Assembly (NCBI GenBank): GCA_033763455.1
Contig: JANRKO010000006.1
Span: 480,001-544,000, forward strand
Length of the DNA: 64,000 bases
Source: Polyangiaceae bacterium
GTDB taxonomy: Bacteria; Myxococcota_A; Polyangia; Polyangiales; Polyangiaceae
Reading direction: 5' to 3'
Within the stretch, counting starts at the first letter, position 1; each line of letters starts with the position of its first letter. A model generated the notes under the pieces. That model was given only the letters and a program-made list of their open reading frames with translations. It searched no databases and was not told the origin of the DNA. A program made the translations under genes and the position numbers. Shown here piece after piece: positions 21,196 to 32,014 of the stretch.

Positions 21196-23886
21196 TCAGA
21201 AGAAATTCCCAATCGTGAACTCGAAAACGCTGCTCTCTTCGGTGGGGAGCGGTTTGAACGGGAAACCCCATTCGAAGCGCAGCGGGCCAAGTGGTGAGAA
21301 CCAACGAAGGCCAAAGCCCCAAGAAGTGCGCAGGCGACTCAAGCTATCCAGGCCGTCGAAGCAAGGGCTCTGTAAGCTGAAGCGAGCGCTCCCGCCCACG
21401 GTGTCGCAATAATTGGCCTCAATATTCCAAGTGTTGCCCGCATCTGTGAAGAACACACCGCGAACCCCGACGCTTTCAACGATAGGGAACTCAAACTCGA
21501 GGTTCTGGAAGTAAAGCATATTGCCGCCGATACGCGCGCCATCGCTGCGGAGCGCGCTGTTCGGGTCGGTGCTTTGCGTGAGGGGTAGCCGGGGGCCGAC
21601 GCTGCGGTATTGGAAGCCGCGCAAATTCGTGATGCCACCCAAGAAATAGCGGGCAAAGATTGGCACGCCTTCTTTGTTGGGGCTCGTAACCAAGCCAAAT
21701 TCCTGATTGAGCTTGAGCACGGCGCCGCCACCCACGTGGTAGAAGTACCGGCCCTGAAAGGTGTTTCTCAGGAATTCGTTGTCAGAACCGAAGATATCCG
21801 AGGCCAGCTCGGTGGAGAGCTTGGTGTAGACGCCGCTTGTGGTGAATAGGCGGTTGTCACGCGTATCGTAGGTGAGCGTGGGGCGGAGGCTCGAGGTGAG
21901 CCCGTCGTTGAAGAGGTTGGCAAGGGGTAATTGTTGAAACGTAGTTGCACCGCTGGAGGTGCCGAAAAGACTACTGCCGCCACCGCTTGAAACTTCATCA
22001 GTTTCCAGCGTGTAGGTAATGGAGGCGGTGAGCTCCGGCTCCACCAACGGGTAACCAACCGTAAGTGCGCTTCCGCGAGTGGCCTGGGAGAAGTCTTGGT
22101 AGAAGCTTTCTTGATTGAAAACGTTCAAGCCAAGGTTGAAGCGGCTATCGAGGAAGTATGGTTCAAACAGGCTGGCGTTCGCCAACGTGCGCGCCCGGCT
22201 GGCCTGAAGCTGAAGGCTGAAGCTTTGTCCGTTGCCAAAAAGATTTGCCTGTTGAATTTGGGCGGTAAGAATGAAGTTTTCGACGCTCGAAAAGCCCGCA
22301 CCCACCTGGAATGTGCCGGTCGGCTTCTCCGAGATCTCAATGTAAACGTTCATCTTGTCGCGGCTGGAGCCCTCCTCTGTGGAGATATCCACCCGCTCAA
22401 AGTACCCGAGCGCGGTGATGCGTCGTCGAGACGCTTCGAGGTTCGTCTCGTGGAAGGGCTCCCCTTCAAAAACCTCAAGTTCACGCCGGATAACCCTATC
22501 GCGCGTCTTGGTGTTGCCGCGAATTTCTATACGTTCGAAGTGCACGAGCGGCCCACGAACAATGGGCACCACCACGTCCACCTCGTGGGTGGTCGCGTCT
22601 AGCTGGGTCTCGGGGGTGGCCTCGACGTGCACGAAGCCGTTGTCGCGGTATAAAGTCCGGACGCCCTGCAAATCTGCAATGAGCTTTGCCCGGTTAAAGT
22701 AGTCCCCGGAGCGCGCCTCCACCATTGCCGCCAGCTTGCGACGCCCACCAATGGGCTCCACTTCTCCACCACCGGGACCGCGCTCGTAGATGCGCAGCTG
22801 CCGTATTTTGAAGCGTGGACCCTCGTTGATGGTCACCGACACTTCGATGCCGCTTTTGTCGGGCGTCAGCATGATGCGGGGCGTGTTTACGCTTACCGTA
22901 AGAAACCCACGGTCGTAGTACAGCCCGCTTATGACCATCATGTCCCGCTCAAAGGCATCTTGGCGGAACGGGCCACCCGAGCCGAACGCAAAAAATCCGC
23001 CATTGCCGGTGAACATGGCTGCGCGCAGCTCTTCGCTAGAGATAGCGCTGTTACCGATGAAAGTGACGCTGCGAACACTGACCTGGCTGTGTTCTTTGAC
23101 GGTGAGCTTTACCGAAACCTGGTTGTCCTTCTCGGCCTGAATGGAGCTCTTCACCTCGGCCAGGAAGTAGCCTTTCTCCGCGTACATATCCCGCACCTTT
23201 TGAACGCTGCGGTTTAGAGCCGGATAGCTGAGCACCGAATTGGACTTGGCTTCGATGGCCTCCACTAGGTCTTCGCTGTCAATTTCCTCGTTCCCCTCAA
23301 AGACGATACTGCTAATGGTGGGGCGCTCCCGCACCAAGAACCGCAACACCACACCTTCGTCGCGGCGGGTGAGATCGACTTCAATATCGTCAAAAAAGCC
23401 GGAGTTGTAGAGCTCTCGAATGTCGGACGTCAGACGGGAGGGATCGAAGGGATCGGAAGGTTGCTCCCGCAGGTAAGAGAGGATGTCCTCGCGGGTAACA
23501 TGGCGATTGCCGGCTACATCAATCCGCGCGATCGGTAGGCCACGGGCGAGCTCAGCTTCGCTTGGTGGAATTGCTGCGTTTGGGTCCGGGGTCGCAGGGT
23601 CGGTATTGGCACCTGGCGCCGTGTCCACCGGCGGCGCATCGGTCGAGCCGCTTGTCGGTGGCACATCCCCTGCTGGGGGTGGGGCTGAATCCGCTGTATC
23701 GGGTGCAGCGGCGTTGGGGGTCGCGGGTTCAGTGTTCTGCGCTTGGGCTTCGCTTGCACCCAGTGTGGCCAGTGCGAGCAGAATGAACGTGCACGCAACG
23801 GCAGTGTGGCCCCAACGCCTCACGCACACGTGGAGGACCGCTTGGGTCAAGCTTAGAATACCGGAGGGGAAGGAGTGCGTTTGCAA
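21196..23886 (-). CDS. bamA: Outer membrane protein assembly factor BamA
   Basis: POTRA repeats (GNTKTRDRVIRREL), LRGF loop, SPLGPLRFEWG, terminal FTIGNFF; start uncertain. Confidence 0.95.
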   Translation of the reverse strand: MQTHSFPSGILSLTQAVLHVCVRRWGHTAVACTFILLALATLGASEAQAQNTEPATPNAAAPDTADSAPPPAGDVPPTSGSTDAPPVDTAPGANTDPATPDPNAAIPPSEAELARGLPIARIDVAGNRHVTREDILSYLREQPSDPFDPSRLTSDIRELYNSGFFDDIEVDLTRRDEGVVLRFLVRERPTISSIVFEGNEEIDSEDLVEAIEAKSNSVLSYPALNRSVQKVRDMYAEKGYFLAEVKSSIQAEKDNQVSVKLTVKEHSQVSVRSVTFIGNSAISSEELRAAMFTGNGGFFAFGSGGPFRQDAFERDMMVISGLYYDRGFLTVSVNTPRIMLTPDKSGIEVSVTINEGPRFKIRQLRIYERGPGGGEVEPIGGRRKLAAMVEARSGDYFNRAKLIADLQGVRTLYRDNGFVHVEATPETQLDATTHEVDVVVPIVRGPLVHFERIEIRGNTKTRDRVIRRELEVFEGEPFHETNLEASRRRITALGYFERVDISTEEGSSRDKMNVYIEISEKPTGTFQVGAGFSSVENFILTAQIQQANLFGNGQSFSLQLQASRARTLANASLFEPYFLDSRFNLGLNVFNQESFYQDFSQATRGSALTVGYPLVEPELTASITYTLETDEVSSGGGSSLFGTSSGATTFQQLPLANLFNDGLTSSLRPTLTYDTRDNRLFTTSGVYTKLSTELASDIFGSDNEFLRNTFQGRYFYHVGGGAVLKLNQEFGLVTSPNKEGVPIFARYFLGGITNLRGFQYRSVGPRLPLTQSTDPNSALRSDGARIGGNMLYFQNLEFEFPIVESVGVRGVFFTDAGNTWNIEANYCDTVGGSARFSLQSPCFDGLDSLSRLRTSWGFGLRWFSPLGPLRFEWGFPFKPLPTEESSVFEFTIGNFF

Positions 23887-24035
23887 CGTCTTCTAGCGAA
23901 TACCAAAAGGGGGTGCCTAGCCACCGGACCCGAGCCCGCGCGTTATCCCATCGCGTGCGAGCGCACAAGGTGCCGGCCTCGCGGTTGGGGTGAGCCCCCC
24001 AAAAATGCACCCCTCCGCCCCGTGGGAGTGCGGAT

Positions 24036-25544
24036 TTATAGGGCGCGGTGCACTCGATTTCGCCCGCCCCGCTTTGCCTCGTACAGCGCCGCGTCGGCCC
24101 GAGCGATGAGTCCTTTGGCGTTCTCGCCGCTCTTCAGCGTCGCCACTCCAAGACTCGCCGTGAGCGTAGCGGTGCAACCATCGAGTTTAACGACCCGACT
24201 TTCGAGAGCTGCGCGGACGCGTTCACACACGAGGGCTGCCCCGTCTAGGTCGGTGCGTGGTAGCAAAATCAGGAATTCCTCCCCGCCGTACCGAGCCGCA
24301 AGGTCACTCGCTCGAACGCAGCCTGTGAGTGCCTTAGCGACGGTACGCAAGGCCTCGTCCCCAGCCGGGTGCCCGTACGTGCTATTGAAGTTTCCGAACC
24401 TATCCACATCCAGCATGGCAATGCTGAGGGGGCTCGCATCGCGCACGGCTGCGGCCAGGTCACGCGCGAGGGCCCTATCCATGAGGCGGCGGTTGGGCAG
24501 ACCCGTGAGAGCGTCCGTGCCGACCAGCTGCTCGAGGGCTTCATTGGCGCGGTTGAGCTGCGTTGCTAGCTCTGTTTTCTCCGCAACCAGGCGCTCCAGG
24601 CTGGCCACCATTTCGTGGTACTGAAGGTTAATTTCGACTAGCCGTAAGTTCACATCAGCGCGTAACTGCGCCAGATCGAGCTGAGGCCCTAGATCTCTAT
24701 CGAAAGCGGAGGCCGTTGCTGCCACCCCCGGAGGAATTTCTTCGAGCAGCCGGTCAACCGAGGGTTGAGTGAGGCCAACTTTGCCAGCCTCCACGAGCAA
24801 CTTGGCTCGGCTATCCAAAAGGTCTACACACTCAAAGAGACCCGAAGCTCGCTCTGCAAGCCAGGCAACCTGGCGCGTAGCATCGGTTGGCAGTTCCGGG
24901 TCGTGATGGTGCCGGATGGCCGCGACGAGATCTGGTGGCAGAAGGTACTGCGCCGCCACGTTCGCGCCTGTTTCCGGGTGCGGTGAAAGCCCAGCCGCGC
25001 GCTCATACACGACGCGGTTATGCGCCGGTATGCGTGCAATGGCCGCAGTTCCTCCTGGATCTTCGTGCGCGCGCGAAAGCAGACCCAATTCCAGCAAGAG
25101 GCCTAACGTGAAGTAGGAGTCGAGATCTTTTAGCCCCATCTCTTCGGCTATTAACCTGGCGCTTACGGCTCGGCGCATGCAGTTGGTCAAGATCGGAATG
25201 CTGGCCGCCCCCATGGGTACTAGATCTGTAACGGCAAGGCTGAGGGCAATATTGCGCATTCCGCGCACGCCAAGCAGCATGGCCGCCTGCGGAATGTCCC
25301 GCACCTCGGTCCGGCGCTTAAACGCCGCGCTGTTCACCACTGAGAGTAACCGCAACGCAAAGCCCGGATCTGCTTGAGCGAGTTGCGAGAGCTCGTTCAT
25401 GGTGACGCCTTCGCGAACGGCGGCTTGTGCTATCTGCACAGCCGCAGTCGAAATGGGTCCTTTGCCGCGACCTTTACTCGTTGCGCTGCTTGAGGGAGTG
25501 CTCATGGAAATACTGGGGACCTGCGTCCTCAAGTCCCTGCACAT
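24036..25544 (-). CDS. HDOD-domain diguanylate cyclase
   Basis: HDOD (DPGFALRLLSVVNSA...AIRHHH), DALTGLPNRR, I-site RASD, RYGGEEF. Confidence 0.9.
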   Translation of the reverse strand: MCRDLRTQVPSISMSTPSSSATSKGRGKGPISTAAVQIAQAAVREGVTMNELSQLAQADPGFALRLLSVVNSAAFKRRTEVRDIPQAAMLLGVRGMRNIALSLAVTDLVPMGAASIPILTNCMRRAVSARLIAEEMGLKDLDSYFTLGLLLELGLLSRAHEDPGGTAAIARIPAHNRVVYERAAGLSPHPETGANVAAQYLLPPDLVAAIRHHHDPELPTDATRQVAWLAERASGLFECVDLLDSRAKLLVEAGKVGLTQPSVDRLLEEIPPGVAATASAFDRDLGPQLDLAQLRADVNLRLVEINLQYHEMVASLERLVAEKTELATQLNRANEALEQLVGTDALTGLPNRRLMDRALARDLAAAVRDASPLSIAMLDVDRFGNFNSTYGHPAGDEALRTVAKALTGCVRASDLAARYGGEEFLILLPRTDLDGAALVCERVRAALESRVVKLDGCTATLTASLGVATLKSGENAKGLIARADAALYEAKRGGRNRVHRAL

Positions 25545-25672
25545 TCAACGGATCCCATGACAAGGGGCTTAAGCGCAAAGCGCTTGCCCACCCGTCGGGA
25601 AGGCACCTACATGGGAGTACAAACAATCTCGGGGGATTTTAGAGGGATCTCAGCCGGACAATGGCCGTGCGT

Positions 25673-27595
25673 CTAGACGTCGAGCTCTTCAGCCTGCTCC
25701 GCTCGATCCATGATGAAGTGAAACCGAGCCTGAGGGTCTTTGCCCATGAGGTCGTTCATGACTCGGTCTGTGGCCAGTGGATCTCCCACGCCAACTCGCA
25801 GAAGCCGTCGTGTTTTGGGATTGAGCGTGGTGTCCCAGAGCACTTTCGGCATCATCTCACCGAGGCCCTTGAAACGGGTGATCTCGGCCTTCACATTTCC
25901 CTTTTGGTGCTCCTTCAATAGGCGCTCGCGGTCCGGTTCGTCGGCGGCCCAATACGTTTCTTTTCCAATGTCGAGCCGGTAAAGCGGCGGCATGGCTACG
26001 AATACGCGACCATTTTTGATGAGCTCGCTCAAGTGCCGATAGAAGAACGTGAGCAAGAGCGTGGTAATGTGGTGACCATCCGAATCGGCATCTGCGAGTA
26101 AGATCACGCGATCATAGCGTAGCTTGCTTAAATCAAAGTTGGCCCCAATGCCGCAGCCCAAGGCCGTGAGGAGATCGGCGAGCTCTTTGTTCTCAAGTAC
26201 TTTGCTGAGCGCCATCCCCTCCGTGTTCATCACCTTACCGCGCAGCGGGAGCACGGCCTGATTGGCGCGTTCTCGTCCTTGCTTGGCCGAGCCTCCTGCG
26301 GAATCACCCTCAACGATAAATAGCTCCGAATTACGGCGATCAGCGGAGGTGCAATCCGAAAGCTTGCCGGGCAACGTGAACCTACCGCTCGTCGCAGTTT
26401 TCCGGCTTACCGCAGCAGAGGCAGCACGCGAAGCCTCTCGGGCACGCGCGGAAAGGATAATACGCGCAACGATTTGATCAGCCACCGAACGGTTGGAATT
26501 CAGCCACTGCTCAAGGCCGGGGCGCACCAGCCCATCCACCCAAGATTGAACCTCGGGGTTGTTGAGGCGATCTTTGGTTTGCCCCTGAAACTGTGGCTCG
26601 CTGATAAACACACTGAGCACGCCGGTGAGGCCTTCACGAATATCTTCAGCCGTGAGTGTCACTCCGCGCGGCGTTAGATTGTGTGTTTCGATGAAATTAC
26701 GCACGGCTTTAACTAAGCCGGCGCGTAGCCCATTTTCATGGGTGCCACCCGATGCCGTTGGAATGCCATTGACGTAGCTTCGGATGTTTTCGTCCGTGGA
26801 TTCTGTCCATTGCACCACGAGCTCCAGGCGAGTGCCCTGCTCGCGTTGAAGCGCGAAGGGAGCATCATGCACCGTCTTGGCTTTGGCTTCCTCGAGGATA
26901 GCCTTCAAGAAATCGGCAATGCCCGCTTCGTGGTGGAAGGATTCGTGGGTACCGTTCTTTTCATCCGTGAACTCCACCTTGATGCCTCGGTGGATGTAGC
27001 TGACGATTTCCAGGCGCTTCTTGATGGTTTCGGGGTTGAACTCCGTTTTGGGGAAGATGGTGGGGTCGGGGCGAAAATAGACGGAGGTGCCCGTGCCCTT
27101 GGCTTTGCCGCCTTTAGTGATCGTGCCGACAGGCTTGCCCGTCTTGAATTCCTGCGTCCATTCAAAGCCTTCGCGTTTAACGCTTACCTTGAGGCGCGTG
27201 GAAAGCGCATTGACCACTGATGCTCCCACACCGTGGAGGCCACCGGCCGTCTTGTAGTTACCTTCATCAAACTTTCCACCTGCGTGCAAAGTGGTGAAGA
27301 TGATCTCCAGAGCGGGCTTTTTGTGTTTGGGGTGTTTATCGATCGGGATGCCGCGCCCATTGTCTGTAACAGTGACGGATTCTGCGTCTTTGTGCAGCGT
27401 TACCTGGATCTCGGTGGCGTGGCCATTCATGGCCTCATCCACGGCGTTGTCGAGAATTTCCCACACCAAATGGTGCAGGCCGGCACTCCCCACGCCGCCG
27501 ATGTACATGCCCGGACGTTTGCGTACCGGATCGAGCCCTTCGAGGACAGTGATGTCTTTGGCTGTGTACTGCATCGTCAGATCCTTCTGGCTCAC
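25673..27595 (-). CDS. parE: Type IIA topoisomerase subunit B, probable topoisomerase IV ParE
   Basis: VRKRPGMYIG, LHAGGKF, GGLHGVGASVVNALS, EGDSAGG, PLRGK, DADSDG; 640 aa; 4-nt overlap with parC. Confidence 0.88.
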   Translation of the reverse strand: MSQKDLTMQYTAKDITVLEGLDPVRKRPGMYIGGVGSAGLHHLVWEILDNAVDEAMNGHATEIQVTLHKDAESVTVTDNGRGIPIDKHPKHKKPALEIIFTTLHAGGKFDEGNYKTAGGLHGVGASVVNALSTRLKVSVKREGFEWTQEFKTGKPVGTITKGGKAKGTGTSVYFRPDPTIFPKTEFNPETIKKRLEIVSYIHRGIKVEFTDEKNGTHESFHHEAGIADFLKAILEEAKAKTVHDAPFALQREQGTRLELVVQWTESTDENIRSYVNGIPTASGGTHENGLRAGLVKAVRNFIETHNLTPRGVTLTAEDIREGLTGVLSVFISEPQFQGQTKDRLNNPEVQSWVDGLVRPGLEQWLNSNRSVADQIVARIILSARAREASRAASAAVSRKTATSGRFTLPGKLSDCTSADRRNSELFIVEGDSAGGSAKQGRERANQAVLPLRGKVMNTEGMALSKVLENKELADLLTALGCGIGANFDLSKLRYDRVILLADADSDGHHITTLLLTFFYRHLSELIKNGRVFVAMPPLYRLDIGKETYWAADEPDRERLLKEHQKGNVKAEITRFKGLGEMMPKVLWDTTLNPKTRRLLRVGVGDPLATDRVMNDLMGKDPQARFHFIMDRAEQAEELDV

Positions 27596-30048
27596 GCCTT
27601 AACGTCTTCGAAAGGGGGTGGGGCAGGGGGCACGTCGAGCACCACCTCGGTGAGCGAGCCGCGCTTCATGATTTCGCGGCCTTTTCCGCCGCGTGCGCTC
27701 GTCTCATATTTATCAGCGCTGACCTTCTGTTCGCCGCCCAATGAGCTCTTGAGCGTGAGCGTGTCCGTCTTGGACGCCGCAGCCTTGATGGCCAAGAGCG
27801 TGTCATCACCTTCGAGCTTCAAGAGCGTTACGCCCTTGCCCGGATTCGTAAGGTAGTTGATTTCTTCCACGTTACAGAGCAGCGCGCGCCGGCCCTTGGA
27901 CACTGCAATGATGGTCTCCTTGCCATGTACCAGCTCCACGCCCACCACTTCAGCACCATCGGCGGGGCGGGCAAACCTCCTACCCGCTCGGGTGCTCGGC
28001 TCGGCATGAGCCTCCAAGCCAAATGCGAGGGCGTAGCCATCACTCGTGGCCGCGACAACGTACGACTCCGGCAAATAATCCTCGCTGCCTTTGATGTCGC
28101 CAAGCAAGCGTGAATCCAGCGAAAAACAAGCCAAGATGCGCTCATTGTCCTTCAGCTTAAACAGCTTCTGGATAGGCTCGCCGTAGCCTGTGGTGGCTGG
28201 AATATCGATGATGCGGCAGGTGTACGAAGAGCCAAAGTTCGAGAAGAACACCACGGTGGCTTTTGTAGAGCCGCCCACCAGGCTCAAAATGGCGTCACCC
28301 TCGCGCAAGCGCGTGCTCGAAGGATCCTTGATTTCCTTCTGGCGTTTCACCCAACCATCACGCGTCAAAAGTACGTGGTTATCTTCCGCGATGATGAGAT
28401 CTTCCGCCGAAAATTCTGGCTCTTCCTCGACCGAAGCAATAATGGTGCGGCGCTTGGAAAATTTGGCGAACCCGGCGATCATCTCGGAGAGCTCTTTGCG
28501 AATGATCTGCCAAAGCCCGCGAGATTCGGACTCTCCCAGCAGCTTCTTGATTTCCTGAGCGCGCTTCTTGCGATCCTTGAGCTCGTTCTGGATCACAAGA
28601 ATTTCAAGCTTCGCTAGCCGGTAGAGCTTGAGTTCTAAGATGGCGTCCGTTTGTTCGGCATCGAGCTTAAAGCGCGCCATAATTTGCTTGGCTGCGTCCG
28701 CTTTGCCCTCGGATTTTCGGATCAACTTGATGATCTCGTCGAGCGCATCGAAAACCTTGGCGAAACCCTCCAAGATGTGAATGCGCGCTTCCAAAGCGGC
28801 AAGCTCGTGCTGGTGGCGCTTGGTGACCACTTGCAGGCGGAAATTCAGAAAGTGCCAGAGCAAAGATTGAAGATCTACGCGCTCGGGCCGGCCCACCTGG
28901 GGGTTCTCCGTGGGCACCAAACACGTGAGGTTCACACTGAACGTGGTCTGGAGTGGGGTTTGCTTGAAGAGATAGGAAAGCACCTTCTGCGGATCGGCAT
29001 CCTTCTTGATCTCCACCTCGATGCACACGTCATCGGTGGAGACATCTTTCACATCGACAAGCAGTGGCATTTTGCGGGCAAGAGCGAGCTCCGCAATGCG
29101 TTCCACCAGCGTCCCCTTATTGACGGTGTAAGGCACGCTCGTGATCTGGATTTTGGGGTTCCCCTTACCCGCCGGGACGATCTTGTACGTGCCGCGCACT
29201 TTGACGCTACCGGTACCCGTTTCGTAAATCGTCTTGAGCTCTTCAGCCGTCGAGATGATCTGGCCGCCTGTTGGGAAATCAGGCCCTTTGATGGTGCGGC
29301 AGAGCTCGCGCACGCTGAGCGTCTTGCCCTCACCGAGCGCATCCAGAAGCCGGATAGCGGCCGTGCACACCTCTTCGGGGTTGTGCGGCGGAATATTGGT
29401 GGCCATGCCCACAGCGATGCCGGTGGCCCCGTTGATCAGAAGATTGGGCCACTTTGCCGGCAGTACTACAGGTTCCGAGCGAGTGCCGTCGTAGTTGGGG
29501 CGAAATTCCACCGTGTCTTGCGCCAACTCGGCGAGTAGATCGGTGGAGATAGGCGTTAACCTACATTCGGTATAACGCATCGCAGCCGCTGCATCCCCAT
29601 CCATCGAGCCAAAGTTGCCCGAGCCATCCACGAGCGGTGCGCGCAAAGAAAACGACTGCGCCAAGCGCACCAGAGCGTCGTAAATCGAGGCGTCCCCGTG
29701 CGGGTGGTAATTACCCATCACATCACCCACCACCTTGGCGCATTTGCGATGCTTCGCGTCCGAGGTGAGGCGCTGTTGCCACATCGTATAAAGAATGCGG
29801 CGCTGCACGGGCTTTAAGCCGTCCCGCACATCCGGCAGCGCACGGCTCGTGATCACGCTGAGCGCGTAATTCAGGTACCGAGCTTCCGCGATTTCGTGCA
29901 ACGGGACGCTTTGCTCGCCCACCCCGGAGACACCCGCCTCGGGCCCACTCTCACGGGAGCCGCCCCGCTTGGGTGTTCGAGTGGAGCCACTTGCGCCAGC
30001 TGACTTAGTTTTTGTGGACTTTGAACCGGTTTTTCTACGAGTGGCCAA
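27592..30048 (-). CDS. parC: Type IIA topoisomerase subunit A, probable topoisomerase IV ParC
   Basis: [29 protein letters not shown]; no GyrA-box at the canonical position; degenerate CTD. Confidence 0.88.
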   Translation of the reverse strand: MATRRKTGSKSTKTKSAGASGSTRTPKRGGSRESGPEAGVSGVGEQSVPLHEIAEARYLNYALSVITSRALPDVRDGLKPVQRRILYTMWQQRLTSDAKHRKCAKVVGDVMGNYHPHGDASIYDALVRLAQSFSLRAPLVDGSGNFGSMDGDAAAAMRYTECRLTPISTDLLAELAQDTVEFRPNYDGTRSEPVVLPAKWPNLLINGATGIAVGMATNIPPHNPEEVCTAAIRLLDALGEGKTLSVRELCRTIKGPDFPTGGQIISTAEELKTIYETGTGSVKVRGTYKIVPAGKGNPKIQITSVPYTVNKGTLVERIAELALARKMPLLVDVKDVSTDDVCIEVEIKKDADPQKVLSYLFKQTPLQTTFSVNLTCLVPTENPQVGRPERVDLQSLLWHFLNFRLQVVTKRHQHELAALEARIHILEGFAKVFDALDEIIKLIRKSEGKADAAKQIMARFKLDAEQTDAILELKLYRLAKLEILVIQNELKDRKKRAQEIKKLLGESESRGLWQIIRKELSEMIAGFAKFSKRRTIIASVEEEPEFSAEDLIIAEDNHVLLTRDGWVKRQKEIKDPSSTRLREGDAILSLVGGSTKATVVFFSNFGSSYTCRIIDIPATTGYGEPIQKLFKLKDNERILACFSLDSRLLGDIKGSEDYLPESYVVAATSDGYALAFGLEAHAEPSTRAGRRFARPADGAEVVGVELVHGKETIIAVSKGRRALLCNVEEINYLTNPGKGVTLLKLEGDDTLLAIKAAASKTDTLTLKSSLGGEQKVSADKYETSARGGKGREIMKRGSLTEVVLDVPPAPPPFEDVKA

Positions 30049-30278
30049 CGGGGACTCCCAGGCACGGCGCAGTCGGAATTGGCTCCACTGCCCGCTTGAA
30101 CAGTGTCCGCTAGCGCCTTTCGTGCCCGGGAGTCAATTGGGTTCTTGGCCCAAGGCGGGGGTGATGGGCTTTCGAGACCTAGGTTCTGGGGCGGGGAGGG
30201 GGCTTCGGGCTCGCGCAGCGGCCGAGACTGGAACCTTGCGAGACGTTTACGCGCGCAGCCGTGTGGTTGGTGATCGGT

Positions 30279-30593
30279 ATGGCATCCGTAAAGGTAACCG
30301 TTACTCTCGGGAAAACAGAGCTACCACAGATAAAGAAGTTAGCTTGGGATGGCAAGGCTCCCAGCGTCTGGGGTTTTGTGCAGCACGCGGTGCGTGTAGC
30401 GCTCGCGGATGTGGCGGGTTGGGGTGCCGCGCTGGCTGAAGCCCTTCAAAAACACCGGCGGGCCGCTCACAGATTCGGAACGCGCGTGGGCGGACTCGGT
30501 GCTGAAGCCAACGGCCAAAGGGCGTGGGCAACGGCGGGCCGCATGAATGGGGTCACGTTCGACACGGGTGGCTTAATCGCGCTCGATCGCAAC
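30279..30593 (+). pseudogene. Decayed RHH-antitoxin / PIN-toxin pair (antitoxin frameshifted, toxin truncated)
   Basis: MASVKVTVTL...FVQHAVRVAL; removing one A from A5 at 30448-52 restores TGGPLTDSERAWADSVL...RAA-stop, whose TGA overlaps the ATG of MNGVTFDTGGLIALDRN (PIN-like start). Confidence 0.7.
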
Positions 30594-31004
30594 TCCGCCC
30601 GGCGCTGCGTTGAAGCACTTGAACGGCTTAACTGTGGTTCGACTGACGCCGAGAATGAGGTGGCGGATGACATCTGTGACGAAGTCACCGCGTTTTCGCG
30701 CATAGCGGAGGTCGGAGAATCCTGCAGCTTTGCCAAGTGCGCCCAAGGCTCGGACTACCAGGCCCACTGTGAGTACGCCGGGGCCGAGATGGCGGTGTGT
30801 GTCGGCTACCGGAGCGTAGCCCTCGGAGCCCCTTGCGATGCTGACGTTTCGCCCAAACTTGGGGAGGCCCGTGTAATGCGCGACTCAAAGAAAAGGCCGA
30901 AATCGTGTCGGGGTCGTCGTGTGTTTATCCGAAATGACGCGCTTCCGTTACGAGCCGAAGCCCAACACGTCGAGCAAGGCCGTCCTCAGCTGCTCGACCG
31001 TTCT

Positions 31005-31565
31005 TCATTGCCTAAAGACGCGGGCCAAATCAATGTGCACTTCGGGGAAACTCGGAGTTTCGAGCGTGGCAGCGCGGTCGAATCTCTGTTCGAGAGTGTA
31101 GTCGGCTGAGCCAAGGCGGTAGAGCTCGATGTGCCCGCCGATCGGATCCACGAGCCAATACTCCGGTACGGCGAAGCGCGCATACAGCCCCTTCTTGACT
31201 CTTCTATCTAGCAACCGGCTGCTCGGCGAAATGATCTCGACGACGATCTCGGGCGGCCCCTCAATGCCTCGCTCCGTTACGAGGTGCTCTCGCCCAGAGC
31301 TAAGAACAACCAGATCAGGCTGCACCACGTCGTTGCCTGAAAGGATCACGTCGAGCGGTGCATTGAACACGAGTGCAATCCCCGTTTCTTCCAACACTTT
31401 CATCAGCTCAAACTGAAGCCTTCGGGATACCGTCTGGTGACGCGGCGCTGGTGCGGGATTCACTTCATACTGTCCATCGATGAGCTCCCAGCGCCGCCCG
31501 TCACTCGGCAGCGCCGCGTAGTCCTCGTAGGTATACGGCACAATGACTGGTCGCAGACGCTGCAT
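31005..31565 (-). CDS. Uma2/DUF820-family putative endonuclease
   Basis: YEDYAALP, ELIDG, VVQPDL, VEIISPS, KKGLYARFAVPEYWLVDP. Confidence 0.92.
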   Translation of the reverse strand: MQRLRPVIVPYTYEDYAALPSDGRRWELIDGQYEVNPAPAPRHQTVSRRLQFELMKVLEETGIALVFNAPLDVILSGNDVVQPDLVVLSSGREHLVTERGIEGPPEIVVEIISPSSRLLDRRVKKGLYARFAVPEYWLVDPIGGHIELYRLGSADYTLEQRFDRAATLETPSFPEVHIDLARVFRQ

Positions 31566-31611
31566 GGCACCACAATCTACCACGAGGCGGTCACGGGTGC
31601 ACCTGAATCGC

Positions 31612-31977
31612 TCACTCCCCGCCTGGCCGCGCACTCCTGCGCGCGTGCCAACGGGCTTGTCCTTCAAGCACCCCGCCGTCGGGCGTCATCGCAAGAACTC
31701 GGCCCACTTCTCCGAGGATGCTGATGAAGGGCGCGTGCCACGAGGGACCTTCCCATACCTGATGCCATCCCGGCGATTCACCGTCGTGCACCCAAAGCTT
31801 ACCAACTGTGGCGGCCCATTCGCGATTGAGGATGTCGATGGCACAGGCAGAGAGGTCGTGGCCACCTGGGATGATTTTTGATTGCGCGATGCCACCGTCA
31901 ACTTGAACAACAACGCCGTCACTACCGCACGCCAGGGCGAGCTTCTGCTCCGGTTGTGAACTTACCCCTGTGAGGGC
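31612..31977 (-). pseudogene. Start-less C-terminal gene fragment, beta-propeller-like
   Basis: 121 open codons between two stops (DLSACAIDILNREWAATVGKLWV...PFISILGEVGRVLAMTPDGGVLEG) with no initiator near the 5' end. Confidence 0.45.
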
Positions 31978-32014
31978 TTACGGCGATTCACAGATGAGGC
32001 ACGAAGGCTTGGCG

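Noticed and set aside
30261..31109. Single 282-aa protein
   Set aside because: Chimera of frameshifted antitoxin, toxin stub and non-coding or antisense sequence
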